From the IMG/VR virus record IMGVR_UViG_3300046804_004438, positions 32,001 to 96,000 of that record: a DNA stretch of 64,000 nt; one strand, 5' to 3'. Below, piece after piece: positions 38,288-48,385 of this stretch. The notes below the pieces were generated by a model. It saw only the letters and a list, made by a program, of their open reading frames with translations, did no database searches and had not been told where the DNA came from. A program made the translations under genes and the position numbers. Positions within the stretch are counted from its first letter, which is position 1; the number at the start of each line of letters is the position of its first letter. The DNA is from a virus.

Positions 38288-39496
38288 TTAAATTCCATCA
38301 AATTCTATAGCTTTAACATTATAACCGTTACCAAAACCATTAGGATCAAGATGTGTTACATATAAACAATTGTTACCATCTAAACCCCCACCAATTGTGC
38401 TGGTACCATAGCTTGTATTAGAAGTAGTTTGATTTATTATAGTAATATTAGCGTGACCACTATCCTTGACTAACATAGCAGTAAACAATTCAGTTCTTGA
38501 ATTCATATCACTCTGAACTCGAACCCTGACCTCAGCTGCAACTATATGAGAATTGGATGCTGTCCATACTGTGGCAGTTGCACCTCCACTTTTATATCCA
38601 TCACCATAAGGATTATTAATACTTGATACTATTTCGCGACTTTTGTTAATGGAACTACCATTTGAAAATATAATTGTGTTTGGAAAATTGGTAGATCCAT
38701 CCTTATTAAACTGCCATGCGTAAGTATTTGCACCAGTATCAGTATAAAAATAAATTACTGTATTAGAATAGAAGGATACATATTCACCTCCATTAGTACT
38801 AGTATCTACGTAGATACCTGTGTAGTTTAAAGCACTGAGTGAATCTGAACCAATTGTTATTGTATTAGGACCAGGAATAATAACAGGACCACCAGGAAAC
38901 GATAGAGTACTATCTGTTCCAAATGTCCATGAATAATTATTACCAGCAATGTCTGAATCTACGGTCAGCATAAAAGGATATGAAAGTGGTGTATCTATCC
39001 TGAAAACTGCTGGAGAAGCACCCGTCTCATCACCAATAAATGTACCACCTCTAAATCTTACATAGTTGTTTGCATTAATATCATAAGTAGATGATATCAT
39101 ATTAAATACAACATTATCAGTAGTGTTCAAGCTTTGATCATAGCTACCTCCACCAGTGCCAGCGGAACCTGTGAAACCTACTGCACCTTCAGATCCAGCA
39201 TATCCTAGACCACCTTCAGATCCAGTGTATCCTGTACCAACAGAACCAGTGAACCCTATAGGGCCTTCTGAACCAACGTATCCTGTTGCACCTGCTATAC
39301 CTTCTGATCCAGTATAACCTATATCACCTTGAGATCCAGCATATCCAGTAGCTCCTACTATATTGCCTTCTACAGTAGAACCATCATGAAGTCTAAGTCC
39401 ATGGGAATCGCTCCATACCAAAGTACCATTCTCATATACATCATTATCGCCATTTCCAGTATAAAGCTTTGAACCTACAAATTTTACTACACTCAT
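38288..39496 (-). CDS. fibre-like structural protein with Gly-X-Y repeats
   Basis: LRLHDG..G; repeated GY(T/A)GS; YDQSLNTTDNVVF; WTFGTD/WQFNKDG repeats. Confidence 0.7.
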   Translation of the reverse strand: MSVVKFVGSKLYTGNGDNDVYENGTLVWSDSHGLRLHDGSTVEGNIVGATGYAGSQGDIGYTGSEGIAGATGYVGSEGPIGFTGSVGTGYTGSEGGLGYAGSEGAVGFTGSAGTGGGSYDQSLNTTDNVVFNMISSTYDINANNYVRFRGGTFIGDETGASPAVFRIDTPLSYPFMLTVDSDIAGNNYSWTFGTDSTLSFPGGPVIIPGPNTITIGSDSLSALNYTGIYVDTSTNGGEYVSFYSNTVIYFYTDTGANTYAWQFNKDGSTNFPNTIIFSNGSSINKSREIVSSINNPYGDGYKSGGATATVWTASNSHIVAAEVRVRVQSDMNSRTELFTAMLVKDSGHANITIINQTTSNTSYGTSTIGGGLDGNNCLYVTHLDPNGFGNGYNVKAIEFDGI

Positions 39497-39506
39497 TTCT
39501 TATTCC

Positions 39507-41135
39507 TTAACATGCATAGTCTCTACCATAGAACACTCTTGCAGTCCATTGTATGAAAAAACTCTGTGGAGAGTTGGTAGTGTTTTTAAAATATAATCCA
39601 TCATAGCCAGTTATATGCCAGAAGATATCATTTGGTAAGTTTGAATTTCCACTCATGTGTTCTATGTGAGTCACGTCCATATTTTCACCATAGTCTGATG
39701 CCCAATGTATGGTACCTACAATAGTACCATAATGCCCACCACCACCAGTCATATATGCGTGATATTCGACAATTGCTCCTCTGACATCCTCACCAGTGTT
39801 AGGAACATTAGCAACATCAAACCATTTTACGGGTGTTGTACCATCAAAAGCACCTGAAAACCCACCATTATAGTTTCTTATATACCACTTATGATTATTT
39901 GGAGTTGTCCATTCTGAATCTACAGTATTAGCTGCACCACCAGTAGATACTGGACTATTGTTAACAAGAAGATTACCTGTGTTATCAATAGTAAGTGGAG
40001 TATTATTAATATAGATTGTGTTATTACTTACGTAAAGATCTTTCCACTGCTTATCCGCAGATCCCAGACTAAACACATTATTCTGAGTGGGAATGAAGCT
40101 GGTATTAGAATATATTGAAGTGGAATTTATAACTAATTTAACATCTTCTGTATTAGTATTACCAGCAAGAAATTTTATAGAATGATCTGATTGTGGACCA
40201 ATAATTAAGTTACCACCTGTGTTATATAAGTAACCATCGCTTGGACCCCATACATTTCCGTATGTTGTATCCGTATAGGTATTACTATTAATACCCATAT
40301 CAATAAACGGACCTAAACCTTGTTCGTAGTTGCCTTCATTATTATAAGCAACCCAGTCACCAGAGGCATTATTAGCATTAGAACTGTTTTGAATGACTAC
40401 TTGATGAAATGTGTCTTGAGATGCAAGAAAAATAGGAGCGCTAGTTAGACTGCCTGAGTGACGGTATATAGAACCATCAAATATCCATTCTTGCTGATCG
40501 TTTGTTAATGTAAGATCATAGTAGAGAGAAAGATCGCCTGTAATAGGATTTTCAATATACAAACTACCTGGGTTATCTGTGGTAACCCTTACCTTCAATC
40601 CACCACCTGAATTATTTAAATTCTTAACTGTATATTTCTTACCAGTAGTATGAGGTGCTGTGATAGGTAGTATAATTGTTATATCTTGAGAAATATTATT
40701 AGGATCACAATATATGACACTATCATCTAATGTTGCTGTGTAAGTATTAGCTGCATTAACTGTTCTGAAAGCATATACACCCTCTGGTGCAGTAGAACCA
40801 GTATAACCTATCGCTCCCGAAGAGCCTGTATATCCATTGGTACCATTAGTACCAGAAGATCCTGTGTAACCATTTGTACCAGCAGGTCCTGTTGAACCAG
40901 CATAACCATTAGTACCTGCAGAACCGGAATATCCATTAGTACCTGCAGAGCCAGTATAACCAGCACTGATACCTGCAGAGCCTGTATAGCCTCTCAATTG
41001 AGTACTGACAGAAGAAACAAAATTATTTACTGTAATTTTATTAGTAGAGGGTAGACCTGCTGGATCATGAACAACCATTAACAGGTCATTATTAGCAACC
41101 GATGTAATGGCATTTAATTCAGAAATCTTAGGCAT
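39507..41135 (-). CDS. fibre-like structural protein with Gly-X-Y repeats
   Basis: MPKISEL N-terminus; GYTGSAGTN repeats; SLGSADKQWKDLYVS fibre motif. Confidence 0.7.
   Translation of the reverse strand: MPKISELNAITSVANNDLLMVVHDPAGLPSTNKITVNNFVSSVSTQLRGYTGSAGISAGYTGSAGTNGYSGSAGTNGYAGSTGPAGTNGYTGSSGTNGTNGYTGSSGAIGYTGSTAPEGVYAFRTVNAANTYTATLDDSVIYCDPNNISQDITIILPITAPHTTGKKYTVKNLNNSGGGLKVRVTTDNPGSLYIENPITGDLSLYYDLTLTNDQQEWIFDGSIYRHSGSLTSAPIFLASQDTFHQVVIQNSSNANNASGDWVAYNNEGNYEQGLGPFIDMGINSNTYTDTTYGNVWGPSDGYLYNTGGNLIIGPQSDHSIKFLAGNTNTEDVKLVINSTSIYSNTSFIPTQNNVFSLGSADKQWKDLYVSNNTIYINNTPLTIDNTGNLLVNNSPVSTGGAANTVDSEWTTPNNHKWYIRNYNGGFSGAFDGTTPVKWFDVANVPNTGEDVRGAIVEYHAYMTGGGGHYGTIVGTIHWASDYGENMDVTHIEHMSGNSNLPNDIFWHITGYDGLYFKNTTNSPQSFFIQWTARVFYGRDYAC
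40790..40995 (-). repeat. 27-bp-period coding repeats (GYxGSxGxx)
   Basis: CCATTAGTACCTGCAGA recurs at 27-bp spacing. Confidence 0.7.
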
Positions 41136-41173
41136 ATCTACCCTCTATTATATTATTGATTATTTAATTAGTA

Positions 41174-42016
41174 TCAAGAATCTGGTAATACTGAGTCTTC
41201 AGCATCGCCTGACATTGAACCCATTGCTACTAGAGTTTCATACTGAACACGTCCAGCACGACCACCCGTACCTACTTTACGAACTACCCAACCAGCATGT
41301 GTAATACCCTTGTTGCTACCACCACCTACTACGGCTGCACCAGTTGCTGTATCACCAGTAAGAGTATGACCAGTTTCTGTGAGACCCTTAGTAAGAGTAA
41401 TTCTTGAGCCACCAGGAGCGGAAGCAAGAGCAACTACAGTTGCGTTAGCAAACTGAACATAGTACTTAGTTCCTGATGTAAGACCACCAATTGCAGTGTT
41501 ACCAGCTGCTACTGCATATGTTACAGGATCACCCGCAACAAATGCACCTGCGGATGAGATAGTAATAACACTGTTAGAACCACCACCACCGTTTCCAGTT
41601 ACAGCAGAGTTAGCATTGAATGATGTAGAGCTAGGAGCGGCAAATGAGATAGTAGGATTAGTTTCATATGATGAACCAGCATTGCTGATATTTGATCCAC
41701 CAATCTTACCTGTGCTATTTGCAGTACCAGTTGCAGCTGCACTAGAACCACCGCCACCAGAGAAGGTAACAGTAGAGTTTGCAGTATAACCGGAACCTGC
41801 ATTAGTTACTATAATTTGAATAACACCACCAGAACCTACACCCATTTCAGTAGTATCAACACCAAACTGACCAACAGTCAATCCTGAGACTATTGCGCTT
41901 TGTGTTACGTTACTAAAAAATGCTGTTCTATTAGTTGTATTTGGTGCAAGGTTGAACCCTGTACCTGCCCACAGCACTGAATTTGCTGCTGAGTCATCAT
42001 TTTTCCATTGAGACAT
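41174..42016 (-). CDS. virion structural protein
   Basis: Gly/Ser/Thr-rich; HAGWV..GGRAGRVQYETLVAM C-terminus seen in T4-like virion proteins. Confidence 0.7.
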   Translation of the reverse strand: MSQWKNDDSAANSVLWAGTGFNLAPNTTNRTAFFSNVTQSAIVSGLTVGQFGVDTTEMGVGSGGVIQIIVTNAGSGYTANSTVTFSGGGGSSAAATGTANSTGKIGGSNISNAGSSYETNPTISFAAPSSTSFNANSAVTGNGGGGSNSVITISSAGAFVAGDPVTYAVAAGNTAIGGLTSGTKYYVQFANATVVALASAPGGSRITLTKGLTETGHTLTGDTATGAAVVGGGSNKGITHAGWVVRKVGTGGRAGRVQYETLVAMGSMSGDAEDSVLPDS

Positions 42017-42084
42017 TGTTTTTCTCCTTTAAGTAGAATTACAGACTTCTACAAAGGTATTTATGAATTTCAATATTGTTTGGA

Positions 42085-42519
42085 TTATGAAAGAATGGAT
42101 CTTAACATCCAACCATGTTTTTTATGAATGTCAATGCGATCTTGGATGAAATTAGCTAGACCATGCTCAGCATTTTGCTCTGCAGAAAGATACGCCTGAG
42201 TCAATGCATCTATAACCTTGTCATTATCCTGTGCAGCTATAGAAATCATTTGCTCTGCAGGAACAACATCTAACTGATCCTTAATAGTGGTTTGATCCAT
42301 GAAACGTGATAGTGAACCAGGAGCAAATCCTTTTACAGCTCTGATATGTTCTGCAATATCATCCACTGCACCCCATACGTCTGTATACAATTCCTCAAAG
42401 AACTCGTGGTATTGAGGAAAGTTAGGACCAGTTACATTCCAGTGAAAGAAATGTAGTTTTAGATAAAATGAAAAGTTAGTTGCGTGTAAAACCTTAAGTT
42501 TTTCTAATAGTTGTTCCAT
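42085..42519 (-). CDS. dps: Dps/ferritin-like DNA-protection protein
   Basis: HFFHWNVTGPNFPQYHEFFEELY..DDIAEHIR..HKKHGWML. Confidence 0.93.
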   Translation of the reverse strand: MEQLLEKLKVLHATNFSFYLKLHFFHWNVTGPNFPQYHEFFEELYTDVWGAVDDIAEHIRAVKGFAPGSLSRFMDQTTIKDQLDVVPAEQMISIAAQDNDKVIDALTQAYLSAEQNAEHGLANFIQDRIDIHKKHGWMLRSILS

Positions 42520-42521
42520 GA

Positions 42522-42725
42522 TTAGTCTCCGTTTCCATTCCCTGAACCTCCGGAGCCACCAGAACCACTTCCACCACCGCCACCAGAGCTAGAACTCTTA
42601 CCTGGATTAGCAGAATGTAGTTTCATATCAGCACCGCGATATTTTTGTTTTCTAATATTAATAATTTTTCCTGAAGGATCCCTTACATAAAGCTCATCAA
42701 GAAACTCTCTGAAAGTCTTCACCAT
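42522..42725 (-). CDS. small protein with capsid-targeting-like N-terminus
   Basis: MVKTFREFLDE; Gly/Ser tail. Confidence 0.6.
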   Translation of the reverse strand: MVKTFREFLDELYVRDPSGKIINIRKQKYRGADMKLHSANPGKSSSSGGGGGSGSGGSGGSGNGNGD

Positions 42726-43102
42726 GCCTTACAGCTCCAGTATCTTGCCTTAGTTCTTGGACCTGGATTATCACAGTTATGTCTTGCACGGAATGATCTT
42801 CTACGAGCAGGAATGTTCTTTTTAATAGTCATGTTTGGATCACCAAAGTTTACCTTTACAACATTTCCTCTTTCATTCTTAACATAGACAGCTCTCTTCT
42901 TTGGACCACCAGGAGTCAAGAAAGGCTTTCCCAACTTAACATTGTGACCACCGTGATCTGCTTCTTCTAAAGGTTCACCCCAGTCTTCATATAGCTCATC
43001 GCCAGAAACCAAAAATGTTTCTTCAATCAACTCATGAAGTTCTAGTTCTTCGTCTAGTAAGCAACCGCTTTCTTCTGTGTATTGTTTGAATGTTTTAATC
43101 AT
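42719..43102 (-). CDS. conserved phage protein with capsid-targeting-like N-terminus
   Basis: MIKTFKQYTEE; KVNFGD..RRSFRARHNC..ARYWSCKAW. Confidence 0.7.
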   Translation of the reverse strand: MIKTFKQYTEESGCLLDEELELHELIEETFLVSGDELYEDWGEPLEEADHGGHNVKLGKPFLTPGGPKKRAVYVKNERGNVVKVNFGDPNMTIKKNIPARRRSFRARHNCDNPGPRTKARYWSCKAW

Positions 43103-45651
43103 CCTGATCTCCAGCCTCCACCTTTACTCTTGTACCATTTAGCTGCCCAGCCATTAGCATAAGCAGAAGGATATACATCAAACTTACTTCTTGCTAATGC
43201 TTTTGCTCTTGACCACAGAGAAGGATTAGTTGGCTTACTTCCTTCATCAATATGCTCAACTTCTTCTGTTCTTACGTTTATAGGAGCACCACCTTTGCCA
43301 GAACGATCTGCAACAGGATCTTCTCTTCTTTTTCTTACTGCAGCTGCTGCTCTCTTTGTTTTATCCATTGCTCTTGCTTTTGCAAGAGGAAGGCACTTTG
43401 GCTTACCTTCACCTTCTTCTCTTGCACAATCACCTTTTATGTTACCCTTGGTATCCATACGGACCCATTTATCCTTGAACCATTGACGAAGATCTTCGTT
43501 CACTTTTGGCTTATAATCAGAAGGTACTTCTTTTTCGTAATCTGCACGAGTCTTTGTCTTGCGATCGTCAATTGCTTTCTGAGAAGGAACAGCTCTTCTT
43601 CCTATTTCATCTTCTGCAGCTTTTAATATATCTAATGATTTCTGACTGAGTGGCTTTCTTTGAGCAATGTATCTTTCTCTGTTTTTACCAAAGTATATTG
43701 CTTCATTTACATATTGATCAGGTGTTATACCAGTCTTCTTTACCCACATATCATGCAAATCATGTACATCAATATTAAAATTATCAGCAACTTGTCTCAT
43801 AATCTTATCAATGCCATCATATGATGTATCAGTAGCAACATTTAATTTATCTTCCAAATAATTTATAGGATCCATTTCAGAGGTTACATCATCGTGAAGA
43901 TGTCGATAAGGAATAAAATTATGATGTTGTCCTAAAGCTGTATTTCTATAAACTCCTAGATAAGCATTTTTAGAATGATGAGTATAGTGTCTCATAGCCA
44001 TTCTTCTTTTTCTATAATATTGTTTTCTCTTAATTCTCTGCATTTCTGAAGATTGAGCAACTGGCACTTTACCAAATGTTTTTTCAAACAACTCATCCAC
44101 ATCTACATCTTCTTTTACTCTTTTAGTAGTCTTGTTCATTATCTGATCTTGAGTATCAGATTCTGGTTGATCTGCAACCGATGCATTCATATGCATAGTG
44201 AAATGCTGGTTAACGTGTGCTTTAATTATGTTATCGCGAGTGTCGGCATCTGCTATGTTTTGACCAACATAACCACTGCTTTCACCATCCGGACTGCCGG
44301 ATACATTACCTAGACCTCTTACTCCTCCACCACCAGAAGAGTTGACAGATTCGTTAGTGTTTTTTTTTGCTTCTTTATCTAGAATAGCCTGATAATCTTT
44401 AGCGGCTTGTTGGAGACCTGCCTTTGCAGCTTGTGCTCTTTGCTCGCTATCCTTGAGACGTGGCATTGCTGTTAACATCTTTTCCCAAGGTGATTTCTTC
44501 TCGTCTATTATCTTTTTTTGAATTTGTTGTTGACGGAAAGGTCTGTCATCTTGCTTACGATCTCTCTGATCTCTAGGCACTAGTTGGATTTTTTTACGAT
44601 CTTGTTGATGACGATTAACTGCTTCTCTATATTTTGGATCTGGATTTTGATCATCAACCCAACCTTCAAATGCATGATTAATATCGTCTTTTACAAGATT
44701 AGATTTTGGTTCACCTGGAGTATCATGCTTGAACAATACTACTCTTGTTGATGTACCATCATCTCTAAAATGTGAGTTTGAATGATTAATTGATTTATGT
44801 TGTTTTTTAATATTAGATATTTCTTTATCTTCATCATATTCTTCATTAATAACTAAATCATATATTTGATCCAATTCTTGATATGATGTTTCTAATATGA
44901 AATGATCAAATATATCATCAACATCTTCTTTTACTGATTTAATCTGATCTGCAATTTCTTTTGCATGTGGATGTAATCCCTTAGGAAGACCCTTTTTGAA
45001 TTCTTTCATGTTTCCAGAACGAGCATGGTCACGCATCTTTGTGCCAGACATTCCAGTTGTACCTTCGGCATCAGGATCTCTATCACCAGCAGAAACTACA
45101 TTGATAGATTTAAAATTATAATGACCGTGTGTACCTTTAACACCATTATACTTATTAATCAATTTATGAAATTCATTTACTCTATCAGATCCTGCAACCA
45201 TCGTAATATGTTGAACACCAGCTTCATGGAGAGCTGAAAGCTGGTGAAGTAGAGTAGGATGCTCAGAGGTAGAAGAGCGAACATTAGTACCTTTACCAGC
45301 AATCTTCTTGAGGTATTCTACCTTCTTTTCTTTAGGAAGTGGATTCTTAGAATTACCCTCTGTATGCGAAGCAATAACATGAGCCTCACCACCAACAGAT
45401 TTTGCAGTATCTTCAACTTTATGAATTAGTTTTTCGTGGCCAATTGTAGGAGGATTGAAACGACCAAATGCAAATACAGCTCTTTTTTCCTTAGCTTCAA
45501 GGACAGGATTCAAAATGATTTCATCTGGCTTTTGGCCAGTCATCGTTCTTCCTTTGGAAATAATGTCCTTGACAACTTCTGTCTTACCCTTTTTGAGAGG
45601 CTTAGTATCAGAAGTTACTTTATTTGATTGAGGATCATTATACTCTGGCAT
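43099..45651 (-). CDS. multidomain protein with HIGH-family (cytidylyltransferase-like) nucleotidyltransferase domain
   Basis: FGRFNPPTIGHEKL, MVAGSDR, SAGDRDPD, MSGTKMR; C-terminal LRQWFKDKWV and YPSAYANGW modules. Confidence 0.8.
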   Translation of the reverse strand: MPEYNDPQSNKVTSDTKPLKKGKTEVVKDIISKGRTMTGQKPDEIILNPVLEAKEKRAVFAFGRFNPPTIGHEKLIHKVEDTAKSVGGEAHVIASHTEGNSKNPLPKEKKVEYLKKIAGKGTNVRSSTSEHPTLLHQLSALHEAGVQHITMVAGSDRVNEFHKLINKYNGVKGTHGHYNFKSINVVSAGDRDPDAEGTTGMSGTKMRDHARSGNMKEFKKGLPKGLHPHAKEIADQIKSVKEDVDDIFDHFILETSYQELDQIYDLVINEEYDEDKEISNIKKQHKSINHSNSHFRDDGTSTRVVLFKHDTPGEPKSNLVKDDINHAFEGWVDDQNPDPKYREAVNRHQQDRKKIQLVPRDQRDRKQDDRPFRQQQIQKKIIDEKKSPWEKMLTAMPRLKDSEQRAQAAKAGLQQAAKDYQAILDKEAKKNTNESVNSSGGGGVRGLGNVSGSPDGESSGYVGQNIADADTRDNIIKAHVNQHFTMHMNASVADQPESDTQDQIMNKTTKRVKEDVDVDELFEKTFGKVPVAQSSEMQRIKRKQYYRKRRMAMRHYTHHSKNAYLGVYRNTALGQHHNFIPYRHLHDDVTSEMDPINYLEDKLNVATDTSYDGIDKIMRQVADNFNIDVHDLHDMWVKKTGITPDQYVNEAIYFGKNRERYIAQRKPLSQKSLDILKAAEDEIGRRAVPSQKAIDDRKTKTRADYEKEVPSDYKPKVNEDLRQWFKDKWVRMDTKGNIKGDCAREEGEGKPKCLPLAKARAMDKTKRAAAAVRKRREDPVADRSGKGGAPINVRTEEVEHIDEGSKPTNPSLWSRAKALARSKFDVYPSAYANGWAAKWYKSKGGGWRSG

Positions 45652-45674
45652 TTGATTTCCTAATGTTTATTTTG

Positions 45675-45682
45675 TATTTATA
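45675..45682 (-). promoter_or_regulatory. T4-type late promoter TATAAATA
   Basis: exact match 24 nt upstream of the ATG at 45651. Confidence 0.75.
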
Positions 45683-45713
45683 ACTGTATAGTTACTACCA
45701 AAGCCGTAACAAA

Positions 45714-46847
45714 TCATCCTCTGCCAAACCTTGGATTATTCAAGATTGCTGTCGATACTTTTCTAGGAACTAGTTTTGCTACCGGTCTTCCACCCTTTTG
45801 AAGAACAACACCTTCACCAGCTGATTTCTTCCCATCAATAGACGTTTCCATATCTGGATGATGTACACCCTTTAATACATGCTCAGTTGCCTGTTCAAGG
45901 TGATGGTGAATATCGATAGAACGTTGGAAATGTTCCGCATGCTTATCTACATGAGCAATCATTGCAGCATGTTGATCTCTAACTCTTTGTTGAGCAGCAG
46001 GTGTCTTTAACTTGCTAGCTTTCTTTTCAGCCATCGCTTGAAGATGCTTCTTGTAACCTTCAACTGAAGGTGTTGTACCACCACGGGTAGTACTATTCAT
46101 ATATGTGGTGAAATGAGTAACATGCTCAGGTGTTAAGTGCTTTGTAGTATGACCCTTGAGTAGCTTCTCAGCAGCAGCAAGATGATGTTCTGTAGCTTTT
46201 CTATCTTCTGCTGAATAATGTTCAGGATCAGGCTTATGTTCATGTTCAGGAACAAATACATTGTCACTGTGTCTCAATGCACCTTTAGATAAAGCTGATG
46301 CAGTCTTACCATGAACTTCAGTATGAATAGCAACACCAAGTGGAGCTTTCGTTTTAGCTTTGTATGTAATTCTATTGGGAGTAGTTGAAATAGAACTACC
46401 AGTTTTCTTTGTATGATTATCAGAAGGTGTATGTAAAAGATCACCTTGTACATGATGGCCTTTATTTACAAACTCATGACCGTGAGCAAGAAGGTGCTTC
46501 ATTGCTGCTGCATATTCAGGAGCATGACCAAAATGCTTGTCTACTTCTTCTGGAGTTCTTGCAACTATACCACGCTTCCATCTATGCTTGTCTGTAACAC
46601 CAACTCCTTTTTCATCGTTAATGATGTGAACAGAAGCACCACCATCAGTCTTCAGTGATGCTTTAATAGTGCTTTTCTTACCTTGTCTGTGATTGTGAAA
46701 CTGACGAATTAAATCAACACCAAGCTTTGCATGCTTTGGGTCTGCATAGTGCAATTCCTTTGCATGAGTAAGATGAGTCAATTCTTCTTCTTCGACAGAC
46801 GATGCTGGACGAGCTGCTTCTGATATAAAATTTAAAAACGTTTTCAT
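45714..46847 (-). CDS. ATP-dependent ligase-like protein with capsid-targeting-like N-terminus
   Basis: MKTFLNFISE; KTDG, VQGDLL, EGVVL, AKLV in the order of ligase motifs I, III, IV, V. Confidence 0.55.
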   Translation of the reverse strand: MKTFLNFISEAARPASSVEEEELTHLTHAKELHYADPKHAKLGVDLIRQFHNHRQGKKSTIKASLKTDGGASVHIINDEKGVGVTDKHRWKRGIVARTPEEVDKHFGHAPEYAAAMKHLLAHGHEFVNKGHHVQGDLLHTPSDNHTKKTGSSISTTPNRITYKAKTKAPLGVAIHTEVHGKTASALSKGALRHSDNVFVPEHEHKPDPEHYSAEDRKATEHHLAAAEKLLKGHTTKHLTPEHVTHFTTYMNSTTRGGTTPSVEGYKKHLQAMAEKKASKLKTPAAQQRVRDQHAAMIAHVDKHAEHFQRSIDIHHHLEQATEHVLKGVHHPDMETSIDGKKSAGEGVVLQKGGRPVAKLVPRKVSTAILNNPRFGRG

Positions 46848-46850
46848 GTG

Positions 46851-47843
46851 TTAACCTTTAACACCTACAGATTTTTTAAATTCTTCCATATGATCATCTT
46901 TGTCTAAATTGACATGACTTTTATCTAATCCGTTAACTCCATCAGGATGGAATGCAACAGTTCTAGATCTTTTATTGCCTAGTTGTTTTTCTCTAACAAC
47001 CCACTTACCCTTACCAGAAATTTCTGGAAGACCATGACCTGTTTCATCTTTTCCAACTCTATATGTGCCATAATTATTTCCTACTTGGAGAACATTAACT
47101 CCATGATCTCTCAAGTAAGCTTTAGCTGGTTCTAGATCAGGATGTTTAATAGAAATGGTTTTTGCTCTACCACTCTTTGTTGTCTCTTGTTGATCAGGAT
47201 TAGGAACATGCTTATTCATATGTTCTAATACTCCTGATTTTTCAATAGCTGCTGCGTATTCTGGTCTTTCTCTTCTCAATCTATCAGGTATATGCCAGCC
47301 ACCTTTGTTAGGATGGAAGTGGATAGTTCCTTGTCCAAAAGCAGCATTTACACCACCCTTGGCCTCACCAGATAACACTCTTTCAGCGCTCGTTACTCTA
47401 CCACCATGATTCTTTTTCTTTTTTCTATTAATAATAGGAAAATCTGTACCAGCAGTAGAACCAGCAGGCTTGTATCCTTCAGGAACCAAACCGTGACTTT
47501 TTGCTCTGTTGAAAAAATCTGACTCATATTTGTGACCACGATTTTCAGCAGTTGTTGATCCTGCTGGTTTATTAAGTCTAGAAGCTCTTACTGTTACAGT
47601 CTCTTTTGATCCTTCAGGTCTAACTTCTACATGATGTTCGCCATTTATTACTTTATGACCAACCAACGTAACTCTAGTACCTTTAGCATGTTGGCCAACT
47701 TTTGAAGCAAGCGTATGGGAGTTTTCTTGATGGCTTTCTCCACCAGGAAGATATGGCTTTATATACTTTTCAGCATGCCTATCACCTTCCAATCCTCTGA
47801 ATTTAATAGTGGCCTCAGATAAAATTTGAGTAAAAGTTTTCAT
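46851..47843 (-). CDS. putative PD-(D/E)XK-fold protein with capsid-targeting-like N-terminus
   Basis: MKTFTQILSE; RGHKYE..GTDF..GEAK. Confidence 0.45.
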   Translation of the reverse strand: MKTFTQILSEATIKFRGLEGDRHAEKYIKPYLPGGESHQENSHTLASKVGQHAKGTRVTLVGHKVINGEHHVEVRPEGSKETVTVRASRLNKPAGSTTAENRGHKYESDFFNRAKSHGLVPEGYKPAGSTAGTDFPIINRKKKKNHGGRVTSAERVLSGEAKGGVNAAFGQGTIHFHPNKGGWHIPDRLRRERPEYAAAIEKSGVLEHMNKHVPNPDQQETTKSGRAKTISIKHPDLEPAKAYLRDHGVNVLQVGNNYGTYRVGKDETGHGLPEISGKGKWVVREKQLGNKRSRTVAFHPDGVNGLDKSHVNLDKDDHMEEFKKSVGVKG

Positions 47844-47882
47844 TAGATTCTCCTTAAAGATTATCTAAGTATTTATCGAAAC

Positions 47883-47911
47883 AAAAAAAGAGGGTATTTC
47901 TACCCTCTTTT
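47883..47911 (-). terminator. intrinsic terminator
   Basis: AAAAAAAGAGGGTA-TTTC-TACCCTCTTTT. Confidence 0.85.
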
Positions 47912-47966
47912 ATATGATATTGTTATTAAAATATCAACTATTAAGATTCAAATTTAGAACGGAATT

Positions 47967-48374
47967 TTATTCACCATATGAATTGTGATCATCAGCTACT
48001 GCTTTGGCATGTTCCGCAGAAACACCACCTGGCACTACTTTATCCATGATCTTCTTGACATGCTCTGGTTTTATTTTTTTAGGAGGAAGATCGAAATCAT
48101 AGGATTTACCTGTTTTTGCATCATGTGTAACATGGTGAGCCGGCTCACCATCATAAGACCATGCTGATTCTCCTACATGGTATGTGTGATGATTACCGTG
48201 TGTTGCAACATGGCTAATAACAGCATCATGTGATTCATCTTCTGGAAACCCTATATGCTTAGCTACTGCATCTGTTATTTTGCTGTTTTCTTTTGTTGCT
48301 TCATTAACTACAACTTTACCTTCATTAATTTGACTTGAAATAAAGTTTGCATATGCGTTGATTCTATCGTTCAT
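47967..48374 (-). CDS. putative internal head protein
   Basis: MNDRINAYANFISSQINE leader shared with neighbour; His-rich. Confidence 0.65.
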   Translation of the reverse strand: MNDRINAYANFISSQINEGKVVVNEATKENSKITDAVAKHIGFPEDESHDAVISHVATHGNHHTYHVGESAWSYDGEPAHHVTHDAKTGKSYDFDLPPKKIKPEHVKKIMDKVVPGGVSAEHAKAVADDHNSYGE

Positions 48375-48385
48375 TGTTGCTTTCC

